A stretch of DNA of 64,000 nt, taken from NCBI GenBank assembly GCA_020073145.1, contig JAIQFS010000012.1, positions 106,961-170,960 on the forward strand. The letters run 5' to 3'. The notes below the pieces were generated by a model. That model was given only the letters and a program-made list of their open reading frames with translations. It did no database searches and was not told the origin of the DNA. Numbering within the stretch: the stretch's first letter is position 1; each line of letters begins with the position of its first letter. The DNA comes from Terriglobia bacterium (GTDB lineage: Bacteria > Acidobacteriota > Terriglobia > Bryobacterales > Bryobacteraceae). Below, piece by piece: positions 45,163 through 55,568 of this stretch. The position numbers were made by a program, and so were the translations under genes.

Positions 45163-45804
45163 ATGCTCCAAACCCAGCCCCGCCCGCGGATGTCGGGCAC
45201 GGACCGGCGGCACCAGTTGCTGGAAGCGGCGCTCGCCGTGTTCGCCCGCAAGGGCTTCGAAGGCACCACCACGAAGGAGGTGGCCGGGGCGGCCGGGGTG
45301 ACGGAGGCCATCATTTTCCGGCACTTTCCCACCAAGCAGGCGCTCTATACGGCGGTTTTGGACTACCGGGTCCAATCGCCGGAGTTCCAGGAGGCTCTGG
45401 ACGGCATCAAGGCCTGCATGGAGCGGAACGACGATGACGAAGTGCTGCGGGCGATCGCGCGGGCCATCCTGAAGTCCTACCGGGAGGATCCAGGCTACGA
45501 GCGGGTGCTGCTGTTCGCCGCTCTCGAAGGTCACGAACTGGGCCTGGCGCACAATCGGCAGCTGGTGACCCCGGTATATGAGTTGTTGTGCGACTATTTC
45601 GCGCGGCGACAGCGGGAGGGTTCGATCAGCGGGTTGCGTCCCGGGGCGATCGTTGGGGCGATCGCCGGGATGGCAAAGAACCATGCCATGGCCACGCAGA
45701 TGTTCGGTTACACGGCCGAGGGCGTTTCCGATGACGAGGTGATCGAGAGCTTCGTCCAGATCATGATGCACGGAATCCGGCCTCAGCCAGCGGCAACGAA
45801 GTAG
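45163..45804 (+). CDS. TetR/AcrR-family transcriptional regulator
   Basis: 213 aa. The helix-turn-helix region is RRHQLLEAALAVFARKGFEGTTTKEVAGAAGVTEAIIFRHF. Confidence 0.88.
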   Translation: MLQTQPRPRMSGTDRRHQLLEAALAVFARKGFEGTTTKEVAGAAGVTEAIIFRHFPTKQALYTAVLDYRVQSPEFQEALDGIKACMERNDDDEVLRAIARAILKSYREDPGYERVLLFAALEGHELGLAHNRQLVTPVYELLCDYFARRQREGSISGLRPGAIVGAIAGMAKNHAMATQMFGYTAEGVSDDEVIESFVQIMMHGIRPQPAATK

Positions 45805-45813
45805 AGAAAGAAT

Positions 45814-47091
45814 ATGATTCGTATCGCGCCAATCGTAGTCCTAATCGGTATTCTGTTCGCGGCCGGGTGTTCGAAGCAGAGCAGCACGGTCAACGCGCAG
45901 CAAAACGCGCAAGCCATCCGGATCTCAACCTCGCAGGCCCTGGTGAAAACCGTGCCGGCGTCCTTCGAAGAGACCGGGACGTTCAACCCCGACGAAACGT
46001 CGGACGTGGCGCCATTGGTGGCCGGGCGGGTGATCGCGACGCCGGTGGACGTTGGAGATTTTGTGAAGCAAGGGCAAGTGATCTGCGAACTAGATCACCG
46101 GGACGCCCAGTTGAAGCTGGATCAGGCCAAGGCGCAGATGGACCAAGCGGTGTTTGCAGTGCGGCAGGCGCAATCGCGGATCGGGGTGACCGACGGGGCG
46201 GACTTCGACGTCAACAAGGTTCCGGAAGTGGCGGCGGCGAAGGCGAACTATGAGTCGGCCGAGGCGCAGGCCCGGCTGGCCGCGGCGGACGCCAAGCGGT
46301 ACGAGGGGCTGGTCAGGACCGGCGATGTTTCGAAGAGCACGTACGACAAGGTCCGGACGCAGCAGGAAACGGCGGACGCCCAGGTGAACGCGGTGAAGCA
46401 GCAATACGAAGCGGCGCTCAACCTGGCGCGGCAGAGTTACCGCGGCATCGAGTTTTCGCAGGCTTCGCAAGAGGGAGTGCGCTCGCAACTGGCGCAGGCG
46501 CAAAAGGCGCTGGACGACACCACGATTCGCGCGCCGTTCGATGGCTATATCACGGCGCGGTCAGTGGCGGCGGGCGAATACGTGGCGCTGACCAACAAGA
46601 TCGCCACCATGGTGCGGGTGGGGCTGGTGAAGCTGCAACTGCAGACTCCGGAACAGCGGGCGGGGCAGACGCGCATCGGCATGACGGTGGTGGCGCGGGT
46701 GGCGGCGTATCCGAATCGCGAGTTCACCGGGCGGGTCACGGCGATCAATCCGTCGGTGGATCCGAATTCGCGCGTGTTCACGGTGGAGGCGCGCTTCGAA
46801 AACGCCAAGGGCGAGCTGCGGCCGGGCATGTTCGCCACCGCGCGGGTGCTGCTGCCGGGCGGCGAGGACGCGGTATTCATTCCGCGCCAGGCGGTAATCC
46901 GCGACAAGACCACGGATTCCTACCAGGTGTTCACGGTGGACGGGGGCAAAGCGCATTTGCGCGTGGTGGTGCCCGGCGACATTGTGGGCGAAATGATTCG
47001 CATCAATTCAGGACTTTCGGGAAAAGATTCGGTGGCGATCAGCAACCAGGGCGACCTGTTCGACGGCGCGCCCGTCGTGACCAGGTCCTAA
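45814..47091 (+). CDS. Efflux RND periplasmic adaptor (MFP/HlyD family)
   Basis: 425 aa. It has the lipoprotein-like signal VVLIGILFAAGC, a coiled-coil hairpin and a beta-barrel (APFDGYITARSVAAGEYV). Confidence 0.88.
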   Translation: MIRIAPIVVLIGILFAAGCSKQSSTVNAQQNAQAIRISTSQALVKTVPASFEETGTFNPDETSDVAPLVAGRVIATPVDVGDFVKQGQVICELDHRDAQLKLDQAKAQMDQAVFAVRQAQSRIGVTDGADFDVNKVPEVAAAKANYESAEAQARLAAADAKRYEGLVRTGDVSKSTYDKVRTQQETADAQVNAVKQQYEAALNLARQSYRGIEFSQASQEGVRSQLAQAQKALDDTTIRAPFDGYITARSVAAGEYVALTNKIATMVRVGLVKLQLQTPEQRAGQTRIGMTVVARVAAYPNREFTGRVTAINPSVDPNSRVFTVEARFENAKGELRPGMFATARVLLPGGEDAVFIPRQAVIRDKTTDSYQVFTVDGGKAHLRVVVPGDIVGEMIRINSGLSGKDSVAISNQGDLFDGAPVVTRS

Positions 47092-47104
47092 GCAAGAGGA
47101 ACTC

Positions 47105-50100
47105 ATGCACGCGTTAGCGCAGCTTTGCGTCAAACGACCCGTCTTTGCGACGATGCTGGTTTTGTCGCTGGTGGTGGTCGGATTATTTTCGTATTTCAGC
47201 CTGGGGGTGGACCTGTTTCCGAAGATCGACATCCCCACCGTGTCGGTCTCGGTGTCGAACCCGGGCGCCTCGCCGGAGGAGGTCGAAACCGAGATCACCA
47301 AGAAGATTGAGGACACGGTGAACACCATCAGCCAGGTGGACGAAGTGCGGTCGACTTCGTCGGAAGGCTACTCGCTGGTGATCGTGACGTTCGAGCTGTC
47401 GAAGGACGGCGACGTGGCGGCGCAGGAAGTGCAGAACAAGGTCAACCTGATTGTGCCGCAGTTGCCGCAGAGCGCCAAGCAGCCGGTGATTCAGAAGTTC
47501 GATCCCGACGCCACGCCGGTGATGCAAATCGCGGTGTCGGCGCAGCGTTCGCTGCGGGACGTGACCATGATCGCGGACAAGTTGATCAAGCAGAAGCTGG
47601 AGAACGCCAAGGGCGTGGGCGAGATCACGATTGTGGGCGGCGCCAACCGGGAAATTCACGTGAACGTGGACCCGGACCGGCTGCGCGCGTACAACCTGAC
47701 GGTGACCAATGTGTTGAACGCGGTGCGGGCGCAGAATCTGGAGCTTCCGGCCGGAACCCTGAACGCCGGGGCGCGCGAGTTCAGCGTGCGCACCACCGGC
47801 CGGATTGTGGATCCGGCGCAGTTCAACGACATCACGATCGCCAACCGCAAGGACTACGTAGTCAAGGTGAAGGACATCGGCTACGCCGAAGACAGCGCGG
47901 AGGAGCCGCGCACCACCTCGCGGCTGGACGGCAACGCGGCCGTGACCCTGGTGGTCTCCAAGCAATCGGGCGTCAATACGGTTTCGACCGCCGATTCGGT
48001 GCGCCAGCGCCTGACGGAGATTCTACCCACTCTACCCAAGGACGTCCGGGCCGACATCATCAGCGATCAATCGACGTTCATTACGGCGTCGCTTGACAAC
48101 ATCAAGCATCACCTGATCGAAGGCAGCGTGTTCGCCAGCATCATCATTTTCCTGTTCCTGACCAATATCCGGACCACGCTGATTGCGGCGGTGGCCATTC
48201 CGACGTCGATCATCTCGGCGTTCGCGCTGATGGCGGCGATGAACCTGACCCTCAACACGATTTCGATGCTGGCGCTGACCCTGATGGTCGGGATTGTGAT
48301 CGACGACGCGATCATTGTGCTCGAGAACATCTTCCGGTTTATCGAAGAGAAGCACATGACGCCCTATCAGGCGGCCATGGAAGGAACCAAGGAAATCGGC
48401 TTGGCGGTGATGGCGACGACTCTCTCGCTGCTGGCGGTCTTCCTGCCCTTGGGCTTCATGGGCGGAATCGTCGGGCGCTTTATGAGCTCGTTCGGGTTCA
48501 CGTCGGCGTTCGCCATCGCGGTTTCGATGCTGGTTTCCTTCAGTCTGACGCCCATGCTGTGCTCGCGATTTGTGAAGCCGGCTCCGGCCACGGGCCAGGG
48601 TCACAGCTCGAAAGACTCGCGATTCTTCCGCTTTCTGGACCGCCACTACACCAGCATGCTGGAGTGGGCCATGGCGCATCGCAAGATCATGGTGGGAATC
48701 TGCGTAGTGACCATTTTCAGCATCGTTCCCTTGTTTATGGTGGTGAACAAAGCCTTCACGCCGCAGAACGACCAGAGCATGTTCAACACGTACGTGCGGG
48801 CGCCGGAGGGCACGTCCCTGGCCGCCACCACCAACATCGCGGAACTGGTGGCCGCGGACATCCGCAAACTTCCGGGAGTGGACCACACGCTCACCACGGT
48901 AGGCTCCGGTTCGGACCAGGCGGTGAGCACCGCGACGATTTTCGTGAAGCTGGCCGACCTGGACAAGCGCGACCTCAGCCAGGCCCAGCTGATGGCGCGC
49001 ACCCGCACGTTGTTCAAGAAGGTCCCGCCGGAAGTGGTTACTTCGGTGGGCCAGGTGAACCAGGTGGGCGGCAACCAGAATTTCAATCAAGCCGATGTCA
49101 TGTACGCGATCCAGGGGCCGGATCTCGAGAAGTTAGCTCAATACTCGAACACGCTGCTGACGAAGCTCAAGAAGACGCCGGGGACGGTGGACATCGACAG
49201 CTCGCTGCGCTCGGGGACGCCGGAAGTGCGGCTGGATATCGACCGGGCGCGCGCCGCCGATTTGGGAGTGCAGGTGGCGGACATCGAGCAGGCGCTGAAC
49301 ACGCTGGTGGCGGGGCAGACGGCTTCGCAGTTCGATGCCGGCGAAGATCAGTATGACGTGGTAGTGCGGGCGCAGGAGCAGTTCCGCGGCAGTCCGGAAG
49401 GGCTGGCCAAGATGACGGTGCCTTCGTCGAAGGTGGGGTTTGTCGGCCTGGACGAAGTGGTGCACATGCATCCGGGGACGGGGCCGTCGTCGATCAACCG
49501 GCTGCAACGGCAGCGCCAGGTGACCCTGATGACCAATGTGCTGCCCGGCTTCTCACAGTATGGAATCCAGCAAAGCATCGCGGACGGCGCGAATGCCTTG
49601 GGCATGGAACCGGGGTACAGCGCGGCGCCGACGGGTCAATCGAAGGAACTGGGACGCACCGGATATTACTTCATCCTGGCGTTTTCGCTGACCTTCATCT
49701 TCATGTACATTGTGCTGGCGGCGCAGTTCGAATCGTTCATCCACCCGGTGACGATTTTGCTGACGCTGCCGCTGGCCATCCCATTCGGAATCGTCTCGCT
49801 GCTCATCGGCGGCCAGTCGGTGAACATCTTTTCGGGCCTGGGCCTGCTGCTGTTGTTCGGGATTGTCAAGAAGAACGCGATTTTGCAGATTGACCATACC
49901 AACGGCCTGCGGGCCGCGGGGATGCCGCTGTATGACGCCATCATTCAAGCCAACCGGGACCGGCTGCGGCCGATTCTGATGACCACGATGGCGCTGGTGG
50001 CGGGCATGATGCCGCTGGTGATTTCGGGCGGCAGCGGCGCGGAACAGAACAAGTCGATCGGCGTGCTGGTAGTGGGCGGGCAGACCTTGTGCCTGCTGCT

Positions 50101-50278
50101 GACGCTGCTGGCGGTGCCGGTGTTCTACTCGTTATGGGACGACATGGGCCCCGCCCTGGCGGGCGGCCGCATGGCGCGATTCTTCTCGCGAACGCGGGCG
50201 GTGCTGCCGCGACGCTCGCGGCCCGAACCGATCGAGGCGCCGGTGGCGCGCCAGCCCCTCCCCGGGGGAAACGCGTGA
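47105..50278 (+). CDS. RND efflux permease (AcrB/HAE1 family)
   Basis: 1057 aa. The N-terminus is LCVKRPVFATMLVLSLVVVG...LFPKIDIPTVSV. It has a 12-TM architecture and the motif VGIVIDDAIIVLENI. Confidence 0.92.
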   Translation: MHALAQLCVKRPVFATMLVLSLVVVGLFSYFSLGVDLFPKIDIPTVSVSVSNPGASPEEVETEITKKIEDTVNTISQVDEVRSTSSEGYSLVIVTFELSKDGDVAAQEVQNKVNLIVPQLPQSAKQPVIQKFDPDATPVMQIAVSAQRSLRDVTMIADKLIKQKLENAKGVGEITIVGGANREIHVNVDPDRLRAYNLTVTNVLNAVRAQNLELPAGTLNAGAREFSVRTTGRIVDPAQFNDITIANRKDYVVKVKDIGYAEDSAEEPRTTSRLDGNAAVTLVVSKQSGVNTVSTADSVRQRLTEILPTLPKDVRADIISDQSTFITASLDNIKHHLIEGSVFASIIIFLFLTNIRTTLIAAVAIPTSIISAFALMAAMNLTLNTISMLALTLMVGIVIDDAIIVLENIFRFIEEKHMTPYQAAMEGTKEIGLAVMATTLSLLAVFLPLGFMGGIVGRFMSSFGFTSAFAIAVSMLVSFSLTPMLCSRFVKPAPATGQGHSSKDSRFFRFLDRHYTSMLEWAMAHRKIMVGICVVTIFSIVPLFMVVNKAFTPQNDQSMFNTYVRAPEGTSLAATTNIAELVAADIRKLPGVDHTLTTVGSGSDQAVSTATIFVKLADLDKRDLSQAQLMARTRTLFKKVPPEVVTSVGQVNQVGGNQNFNQADVMYAIQGPDLEKLAQYSNTLLTKLKKTPGTVDIDSSLRSGTPEVRLDIDRARAADLGVQVADIEQALNTLVAGQTASQFDAGEDQYDVVVRAQEQFRGSPEGLAKMTVPSSKVGFVGLDEVVHMHPGTGPSSINRLQRQRQVTLMTNVLPGFSQYGIQQSIADGANALGMEPGYSAAPTGQSKELGRTGYYFILAFSLTFIFMYIVLAAQFESFIHPVTILLTLPLAIPFGIVSLLIGGQSVNIFSGLGLLLLFGIVKKNAILQIDHTNGLRAAGMPLYDAIIQANRDRLRPILMTTMALVAGMMPLVISGGSGAEQNKSIGVLVVGGQTLCLLLTLLAVPVFYSLWDDMGPALAGGRMARFFSRTRAVLPRRSRPEPIEAPVARQPLPGGNA

Positions 50279-51972
50279 GAGGGCGTCCCCTGCAGTTCAT
50301 TCTGAGCGCCGCGCTGGCGGCCTGCGCCTTGGCGCAAGGGCCGGCGGAAGCGCCCATCGAGCCCTTAACCGAGGTTCCGATGCCGCCACGGATCGGGGTG
50401 ATGGGCCGGACCACCATCACCCTGCCGGAGACGCTGGAGCGCGTTCTCAAGAGCGACCGCGACTTGGAGATTTCGCGCATCCTGCGGGCGGAAGCCGGCT
50501 ACAACGTGAGCGGGGCCAAGGGCGTCTTCGATCCCGTGCTCGGACTACGCGCCTACCACACCAAGGCCGTCACGCCGATCGCGTCGTTGATTGGCGGCGC
50601 AGCCAACGGCCAGCTTATTCAGACGGAATGGAACGGCGCTCCGCAAGTGACCGGACTGATTCCGTGGACCGGCGCCTCCTATACCACCACCTTCACCAAT
50701 TCGCGCCAGGTCACCAATAGCACCTTCACCGTGGTCAACCCGCAGTACCCCTCCTCGCTGCGCATCGATCTGACCCAGCCGCTGTGGCGCGGCCTGCGGT
50801 TCGACGATAACCGGTACCGCTTACAGGTGGCCCGCAAAAGCGAGCAGCTCAGCGCCGAACAGCTTCGGCAGCGCGTGATCGAGGTGGTGACGGCGGCCAC
50901 CGATGCGTATTGGGAGCTGGTGTATGCGTCGCAGTCGTACGATGTGCAGGCTGAAGCGGTGCGGCTGGCCGAGCAGCAGTACGCCAGCAACCGGCGCCAG
51001 GCGGAGCAGGGGATCCTGTCGCCCATCGACGTGGTAGCGGCGCAGACCCAGGTGGCGACCTTCCAGCAGAACCTGTTTCTGGCCCAGCAGGCGCTCACGC
51101 AGGCGGAAAACAACTTGAAAGCCATGATTCTGCCGAACCGCAACGACCTGCTCTGGGGCGCGGAATTGATCCCCGAGACGCAGTTCGCCACCGAAGGCGC
51201 GCTGCCCACGCTGGAGGAAGCCCTCCAGCAGGCGCGCCGGTCGCGTCCGGAGCTGGCCGAGAGCACCCTCAACCTGGAGGTCAACGGTCTCGACCAGCGC
51301 CGCAATGCGGAAGCCGCCAAACCGCGCGTGGATGCGTTCGCGACGTTGACCAGTTCGGGGCTAGCCGGCATCCCGCTGCCGCCTGGACCGAACCCGTTCA
51401 CGGCGGGCTTCGCCGGCATCACGGAATACTTGAATCAACTGGGCGCGCTGGCGGGCTTACCGCTGCTACCGCCGATTTCGACGGGCGGCGGCGGCCTTCC
51501 GCCGAGCCTGGTGGGAAGCTACGGGCAATCGATTCACAATCTGGCGGTGGGTAATTTTCCGACGGCGCAATTCGGCGTCCAGTTCTCGTTCCCGCTGCGC
51601 AACCGCACCGCCGAAGCGCAAGTGGCGGTCTCCAGCGCGGAAGGGCGCCGTCTGAACGCAATTCGCGATCAGGTGGGGATGGCCATCGAAGCCGACGTGC
51701 GCAATTCCATGCAGGCCGTGGCCTCGGCGCAGGCCCGTCTGGCCGCGTCGTCGGTGGCCAGCCGCTCCGCCCAAGCCCAGTACGACAGCGAGCAGCGGCA
51801 GTTGCAGGCCGGCACCTCCACCGTGTTCCTGGTGTTGCAGCGCCAGACGGATTTCATCAACGCCCGGAACCGCGAGGTCCGCTCCCGGGCCGATGTCGCC
51901 GAAGCCATCGCCAACCTGGACCGGGCCACCGCGCGCACGCTAGAAGCGCACAATATTCGTTTGCGGCCGTAG
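50275..51972 (+). CDS. TolC-family outer-membrane efflux protein
   Basis: GTG start overlapping the RND stop (GTGA). The signal peptide is VRGRPLQFILSAALAACALAQG. Two repeats of the OEP helical-barrel pattern follow. The track ORF N-terminal extension was rejected. Confidence 0.8.
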   Translation: MRGRPLQFILSAALAACALAQGPAEAPIEPLTEVPMPPRIGVMGRTTITLPETLERVLKSDRDLEISRILRAEAGYNVSGAKGVFDPVLGLRAYHTKAVTPIASLIGGAANGQLIQTEWNGAPQVTGLIPWTGASYTTTFTNSRQVTNSTFTVVNPQYPSSLRIDLTQPLWRGLRFDDNRYRLQVARKSEQLSAEQLRQRVIEVVTAATDAYWELVYASQSYDVQAEAVRLAEQQYASNRRQAEQGILSPIDVVAAQTQVATFQQNLFLAQQALTQAENNLKAMILPNRNDLLWGAELIPETQFATEGALPTLEEALQQARRSRPELAESTLNLEVNGLDQRRNAEAAKPRVDAFATLTSSGLAGIPLPPGPNPFTAGFAGITEYLNQLGALAGLPLLPPISTGGGGLPPSLVGSYGQSIHNLAVGNFPTAQFGVQFSFPLRNRTAEAQVAVSSAEGRRLNAIRDQVGMAIEADVRNSMQAVASAQARLAASSVASRSAQAQYDSEQRQLQAGTSTVFLVLQRQTDFINARNREVRSRADVAEAIANLDRATARTLEAHNIRLRP

Positions 51973-51991
51973 AGCGAGGCGAATCGGCGAG

Positions 51992-52744
51992 CTATTGCCG
52001 GAAGCCGCCCGCTACGATCAGCGTCTGCCCGGTCACCCATCCGGCGTCGTCAGAGGCAAAGAACACGGCCGCTCGGGCGATTTCTTCGGGTTGTGCGATT
52101 CGGCCTAGCGGCGTTTGCGCCTCGATGTTTTTTCGAAAATCGCTCTCCGCCAGGCCCGCGGCGCGGACCCCTTCGGTTTCAACCATGCCCGGATTGAGTG
52201 AATTCACACGAATCTTTTTGGGGCCGAGCTCTTTGGAAAGGGCAACGGTCACGGCATCGACCGCCGCTTTGGTGGCGCTGTAGACCGATCCGCCTTGGGC
52301 GGGCATGGGACCGACGATGGAACTGATGTTGATGATGGAGCCGCCATCGGAGCCGATGAATTTGACGGCTTCCTGCGTGGTGAGAAGTAAGCCGAGCACA
52401 TTCAAGTCGAACTGCCTGTGGAAGTGGTCGGGGGTGACCGAGCCGAGCGGGGCGAACTCGAAGATGCCCGCATTGTTCACCAGAATGTCCAGCTTGCCGT
52501 ACGCCGCGTTGGCCGCCGCAAACAGGTTAGAGATCTCCTTCGGCTTGGAAACATCCGCCTGGGCCGCGACCGCCCTGCCGCCCTTTTCGGTAATGCGACG
52601 GACAACGGAATCCGCGCCGGACTTGCTGGTAGCATAGTTGACGACGACGGATGCGCCTTCCGCCGCGAGGTGCTCTGCGATCGAAGCTCCGATTCCTTTG
52701 GAAGCTCCCGTGACCACTGCGACTTTTCCCGCCAGCTTACTCAT
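51992..52744 (-). CDS. SDR-family oxidoreductase (FabG-like)
   Basis: 250 aa. Motifs are VVTGASKGIGASIA, NNAG and YSATKAAVDAV. Confidence 0.85.
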   Translation of the reverse strand: MSKLAGKVAVVTGASKGIGASIAEHLAAEGASVVVNYATSKSGADSVVRRITEKGGRAVAAQADVSKPKEISNLFAAANAAYGKLDILVNNAGIFEFAPLGSVTPDHFHRQFDLNVLGLLLTTQEAVKFIGSDGGSIINISSIVGPMPAQGGSVYSATKAAVDAVTVALSKELGPKKIRVNSLNPGMVETEGVRAAGLAESDFRKNIEAQTPLGRIAQPEEIARAAVFFASDDAGWVTGQTLIVAGGFRQ

Positions 52745-52882
52745 GCCGATACCATCTCCCTCTTGTCAGAACTCGCTCAGGTTGTTTGGATGCGGCGGAT
52801 TTCCACAGCGATTCAAGATTGCCGCCATGCCAATGTCTGCCCGCGCCCGCCACGACTGCCGCGATCGTAGGACCATGGAGTG

Positions 52883-53716
52883 ATGTTAGGCGCGATGGAA
52901 GCCGGCGGCACGAAATTCGTTTGCGGCGCCGGGACGGGGCCGGAAGACTTGACGCTCGCCCATTTTCCGACGAGTTCCCCCGGCTAAACTATAGCGGCCG
53001 TCATCCGCTTCTTCCGGCAACACGGCCCGCTCGAGGCGGTAGGGATCGGATCATTCGGACCGATTGACCGGGCTCGCGGGCGGATCACGTCGACTCCCAA
53101 GATGGCTTGGCGGAACTATGACATCGTCGACGCCGTGAGACAGGCGCTCGGCACGCCCGTGGGATTCGACACCGACGTCAACGCGGCCGCCCTGGGGGAA
53201 GGGCGATGGGGCGGCGGACGCGGGCTGACGGATTTTCTCTACGTCACGGTGGGAACGGGAATCGGCGGCGGCGCCATTGTGAATGGCCAGCTCTTGCACG
53301 GGCTGGCGCACGCCGAGATGGGCCACGTGCGCATCCCGCACGATGGAGCGCGCGATCCGTTCGCGGGGAACTGCCCGTATCACGGCGATTGTCTGGAGGG
53401 GTTGGCGTCGGGCCCCGCGATGGCGGCACGGTGGGAGACGCCGCCGGAATCGCTGCCGCCGGATCATCCGGCATGGAGCCTGGAGGCGCGGTATCTGGCG
53501 CTCGGCCTGGCAAACCTGGTGTGCACGCTCTCGCCGCAACGGATTCTGCTGGGCGGGGGCGTCCTGCAACACACGCCGCTTCTCAATCTCATCCGGGTCG
53601 AGTTGTCGAGGCTGCTGGGCGCCTACGTGCCGGGCGGCGAGGTCATGCCACCGCAACTCGGCTCGCGGGCGGGGGTGCTTGGGGCGTTGCTGTTAGCGGA
53701 GCAGGCGCGGGGCTAA
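52883..53716 (+). pseudogene. ROK-family fructokinase (B. subtilis YdhR/GmuE-like) interrupted by an in-frame TAA
   Basis: MLGAMEAGGTKFVCGAGTGPEDLTLAHFPTSSPG is followed by TAA at 52985-52987. The same frame then continues TIAAVIRFFRQHGPLEAVGIGSFGPID...TPKMAWRNYD...PYHGDCLEGLASGPA up to 53716. Homologs as I recall them have Glu (GAA) at the stop position. Confidence 0.7.
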
Positions 53717-54294
53717 CGTTCGAGGGCGCAAGCCACGTTCCACCGCACCATCACGCGGTTCTCGCGGTCGGAACCGAGGACACTGAGGGCCGCTGTGCCC
53801 AACGCGAAGAGACGGCCATCCCGCGGCGGCAAGCCCAGCCAACGGGTGGTCAGGATGCGCAAGATATGGCCGTGGGCGAACAACGCCACGTCGCCCGGGG
53901 CCTCGGCCGCGCGCGCCAACACCGCGCCGGCGCGAGCCGCGACCTGTTCGATGGTTTCTCCGCCCGGCACGCCGGCGGCCCACAGCGACCAATCCGGGCG
54001 CTGCTCGCGGATCTCGGCGGTGGTGCGGCCTTCGTACTCTCCGTAGTCCCACTCGCACAGGTTCGGATCGATCTTGGCGACGCTGCCGTATCCTGCCAGC
54101 GCGCAGGTTTCGCGGGCCCGTCCCAGCGGGCTGGTCAGGACCAGGGCGAAGTTCCGCGCGCCCAGGTAGCGCCCCATGGTCTGGGCTTCTTCGCGTCCTG
54201 CTGCCGTCAAAGGCAGGTCGGTGCGCCCGGTGTGGGCGCCGGAGAGGCTCCATTCCGTTTCGCCGTGCCGGATCAACCAAAGCTCGCCGGCCAT
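53713..54294 (-). CDS. Histidine phosphatase (phosphoglycerate mutase) family protein
   Basis: 193 aa. Motifs are LWLIRHGETEWS and ALFAHGHILRIL. Confidence 0.85.
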   Translation of the reverse strand: MAGELWLIRHGETEWSLSGAHTGRTDLPLTAAGREEAQTMGRYLGARNFALVLTSPLGRARETCALAGYGSVAKIDPNLCEWDYGEYEGRTTAEIREQRPDWSLWAAGVPGGETIEQVAARAGAVLARAAEAPGDVALFAHGHILRILTTRWLGLPPRDGRLFALGTAALSVLGSDRENRVMVRWNVACALER

Positions 54295-54791
54295 TATTCC
54301 GACATGATCGGCTCGCCGCGCTCCCGCTGCCCTGGTTGCAACTGCGGATTCCGCATCAGGATTCGGGCGCAGGTGTTCCAGCGCAGGAGCGCATCGTCGT
54401 TGGCCGGAGGCCGGACCGACTCGGCCCGTTCGTACCAGTCCATGGCCTCGCGAAGCCAGTCATAGATGGCCGATCCGGTGGCGTGCCGCGACTGGTGCAG
54501 GAGCGCCTGCGCGCGGCGTTCGGAGACAATTCCGGAGTAATAGGCGCGGTCGTATTCGTCGTGGAGACGAGGGACCACCGCTTTGGCTTCCTGCACCTTG
54601 AAGGCTTGGCCGAACTGGTCGGTCAGCGCCAGTAACAGCGTGACCAAGGCCGTCTGATTCTCTGGATCCACCCTCAGCACATCCTGGCAGATGCTCTCAC
54701 TTTGCCAGGGCTCGTGCAGTAGCCGGTAGCGCTCCGCTTTCGCCAGCGCACTGGGGATGGCGTCTCTGTGCAGCGATTTTAGTTCCAGCAT
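54294..54791 (-). CDS. Hypothetical helical protein
   Basis: 165 aa with plausible codon usage. A TAATG overlap joins it to the downstream phosphatase gene. No domain recognised. Confidence 0.55.
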   Translation of the reverse strand: MLELKSLHRDAIPSALAKAERYRLLHEPWQSESICQDVLRVDPENQTALVTLLLALTDQFGQAFKVQEAKAVVPRLHDEYDRAYYSGIVSERRAQALLHQSRHATGSAIYDWLREAMDWYERAESVRPPANDDALLRWNTCARILMRNPQLQPGQRERGEPIMSE

Positions 54792-54824
54792 GGAACTCTC
54801 CCGCGGGCCGAAACCCGCGCCGCC

Positions 54825-55568
54825 CTAACTGCCGATGATCTTCATCACCAATTTTCGCAGCGGATCGTAGTATTCGTCCACTACCCGTTCCTTGAGCGGA
54901 ATGATGGCGTTCTCCGTAATGGTGATCTCTTCCGGACACACCTTGCGGCAGCAGGTGGTGATATTGCAATAGCCGACGTTGTGCTTATCCTTCAGATCTT
55001 TGGTCCGGTCCGCGGTGTCCATGGGGTGCATTTCGAGCGCCGCAGTGTGCACAAGAAAACGCGGCCCGATGAACTCATCGAATTTCTTGTGCTCGCGGAG
55101 AACGTGGCACACGTCCTGGCAGAGAAAACACTCGATGCACTTGCGGAATTCCTGAATGCGGTTCACGTCCTTCTGGACCATGTGCCAGGTGCCGTCTTCG
55201 AAGTCCGGCTTGCGCGGCTTGAATTTCTGAATGGTCTTCTTCACGCGGAAGTTCCAGGAGACATCGGTGACGAGGTCTTTGATGGGCGGGAAGGTGCGCA
55301 TCGGCTCGACCATGACCGGCTTTTCGAGCGGCAAGGAGTTCAGGCGCGTCATGCACATGAGCTTGGGATTGCCGTTGATCTCGGCCGAACACGAGCCGCA
55401 GCGGCCGCACTTGCAGTTCCAGCGCGTGGACAGATCGTTGGCCTGCTCGGCCTGGATCTTGAGCACGGCATCGAGAACCACCATGCCTTCTTCGACGTCG
55501 GTAGTGTAATCCTGAAACTTCCCTCCACTGCTATCGCCGCGCCAGATGCGGAAGGTCGCTTGGGCCAT
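54825..55568 (-). CDS. sdhB: Succinate dehydrogenase/fumarate reductase iron-sulfur subunit
   Basis: 247 aa. The Cys clusters are CKCGRCGSCSAEING, CIECFLCQDVC and CNITTCCRKVCP. Confidence 0.9.
   Translation of the reverse strand: MAQATFRIWRGDSSGGKFQDYTTDVEEGMVVLDAVLKIQAEQANDLSTRWNCKCGRCGSCSAEINGNPKLMCMTRLNSLPLEKPVMVEPMRTFPPIKDLVTDVSWNFRVKKTIQKFKPRKPDFEDGTWHMVQKDVNRIQEFRKCIECFLCQDVCHVLREHKKFDEFIGPRFLVHTAALEMHPMDTADRTKDLKDKHNVGYCNITTCCRKVCPEEITITENAIIPLKERVVDEYYDPLRKLVMKIIGS

Noticed and set aside
52985-52987. Considered programmed recoding at the in-frame TAA of the fructokinase gene.
   Set aside because: TAA is not a Sec or Pyl codon. No recoding signal is evident. A simple GAA-to-TAA nonsense mutation or a sequencing error is far more parsimonious.
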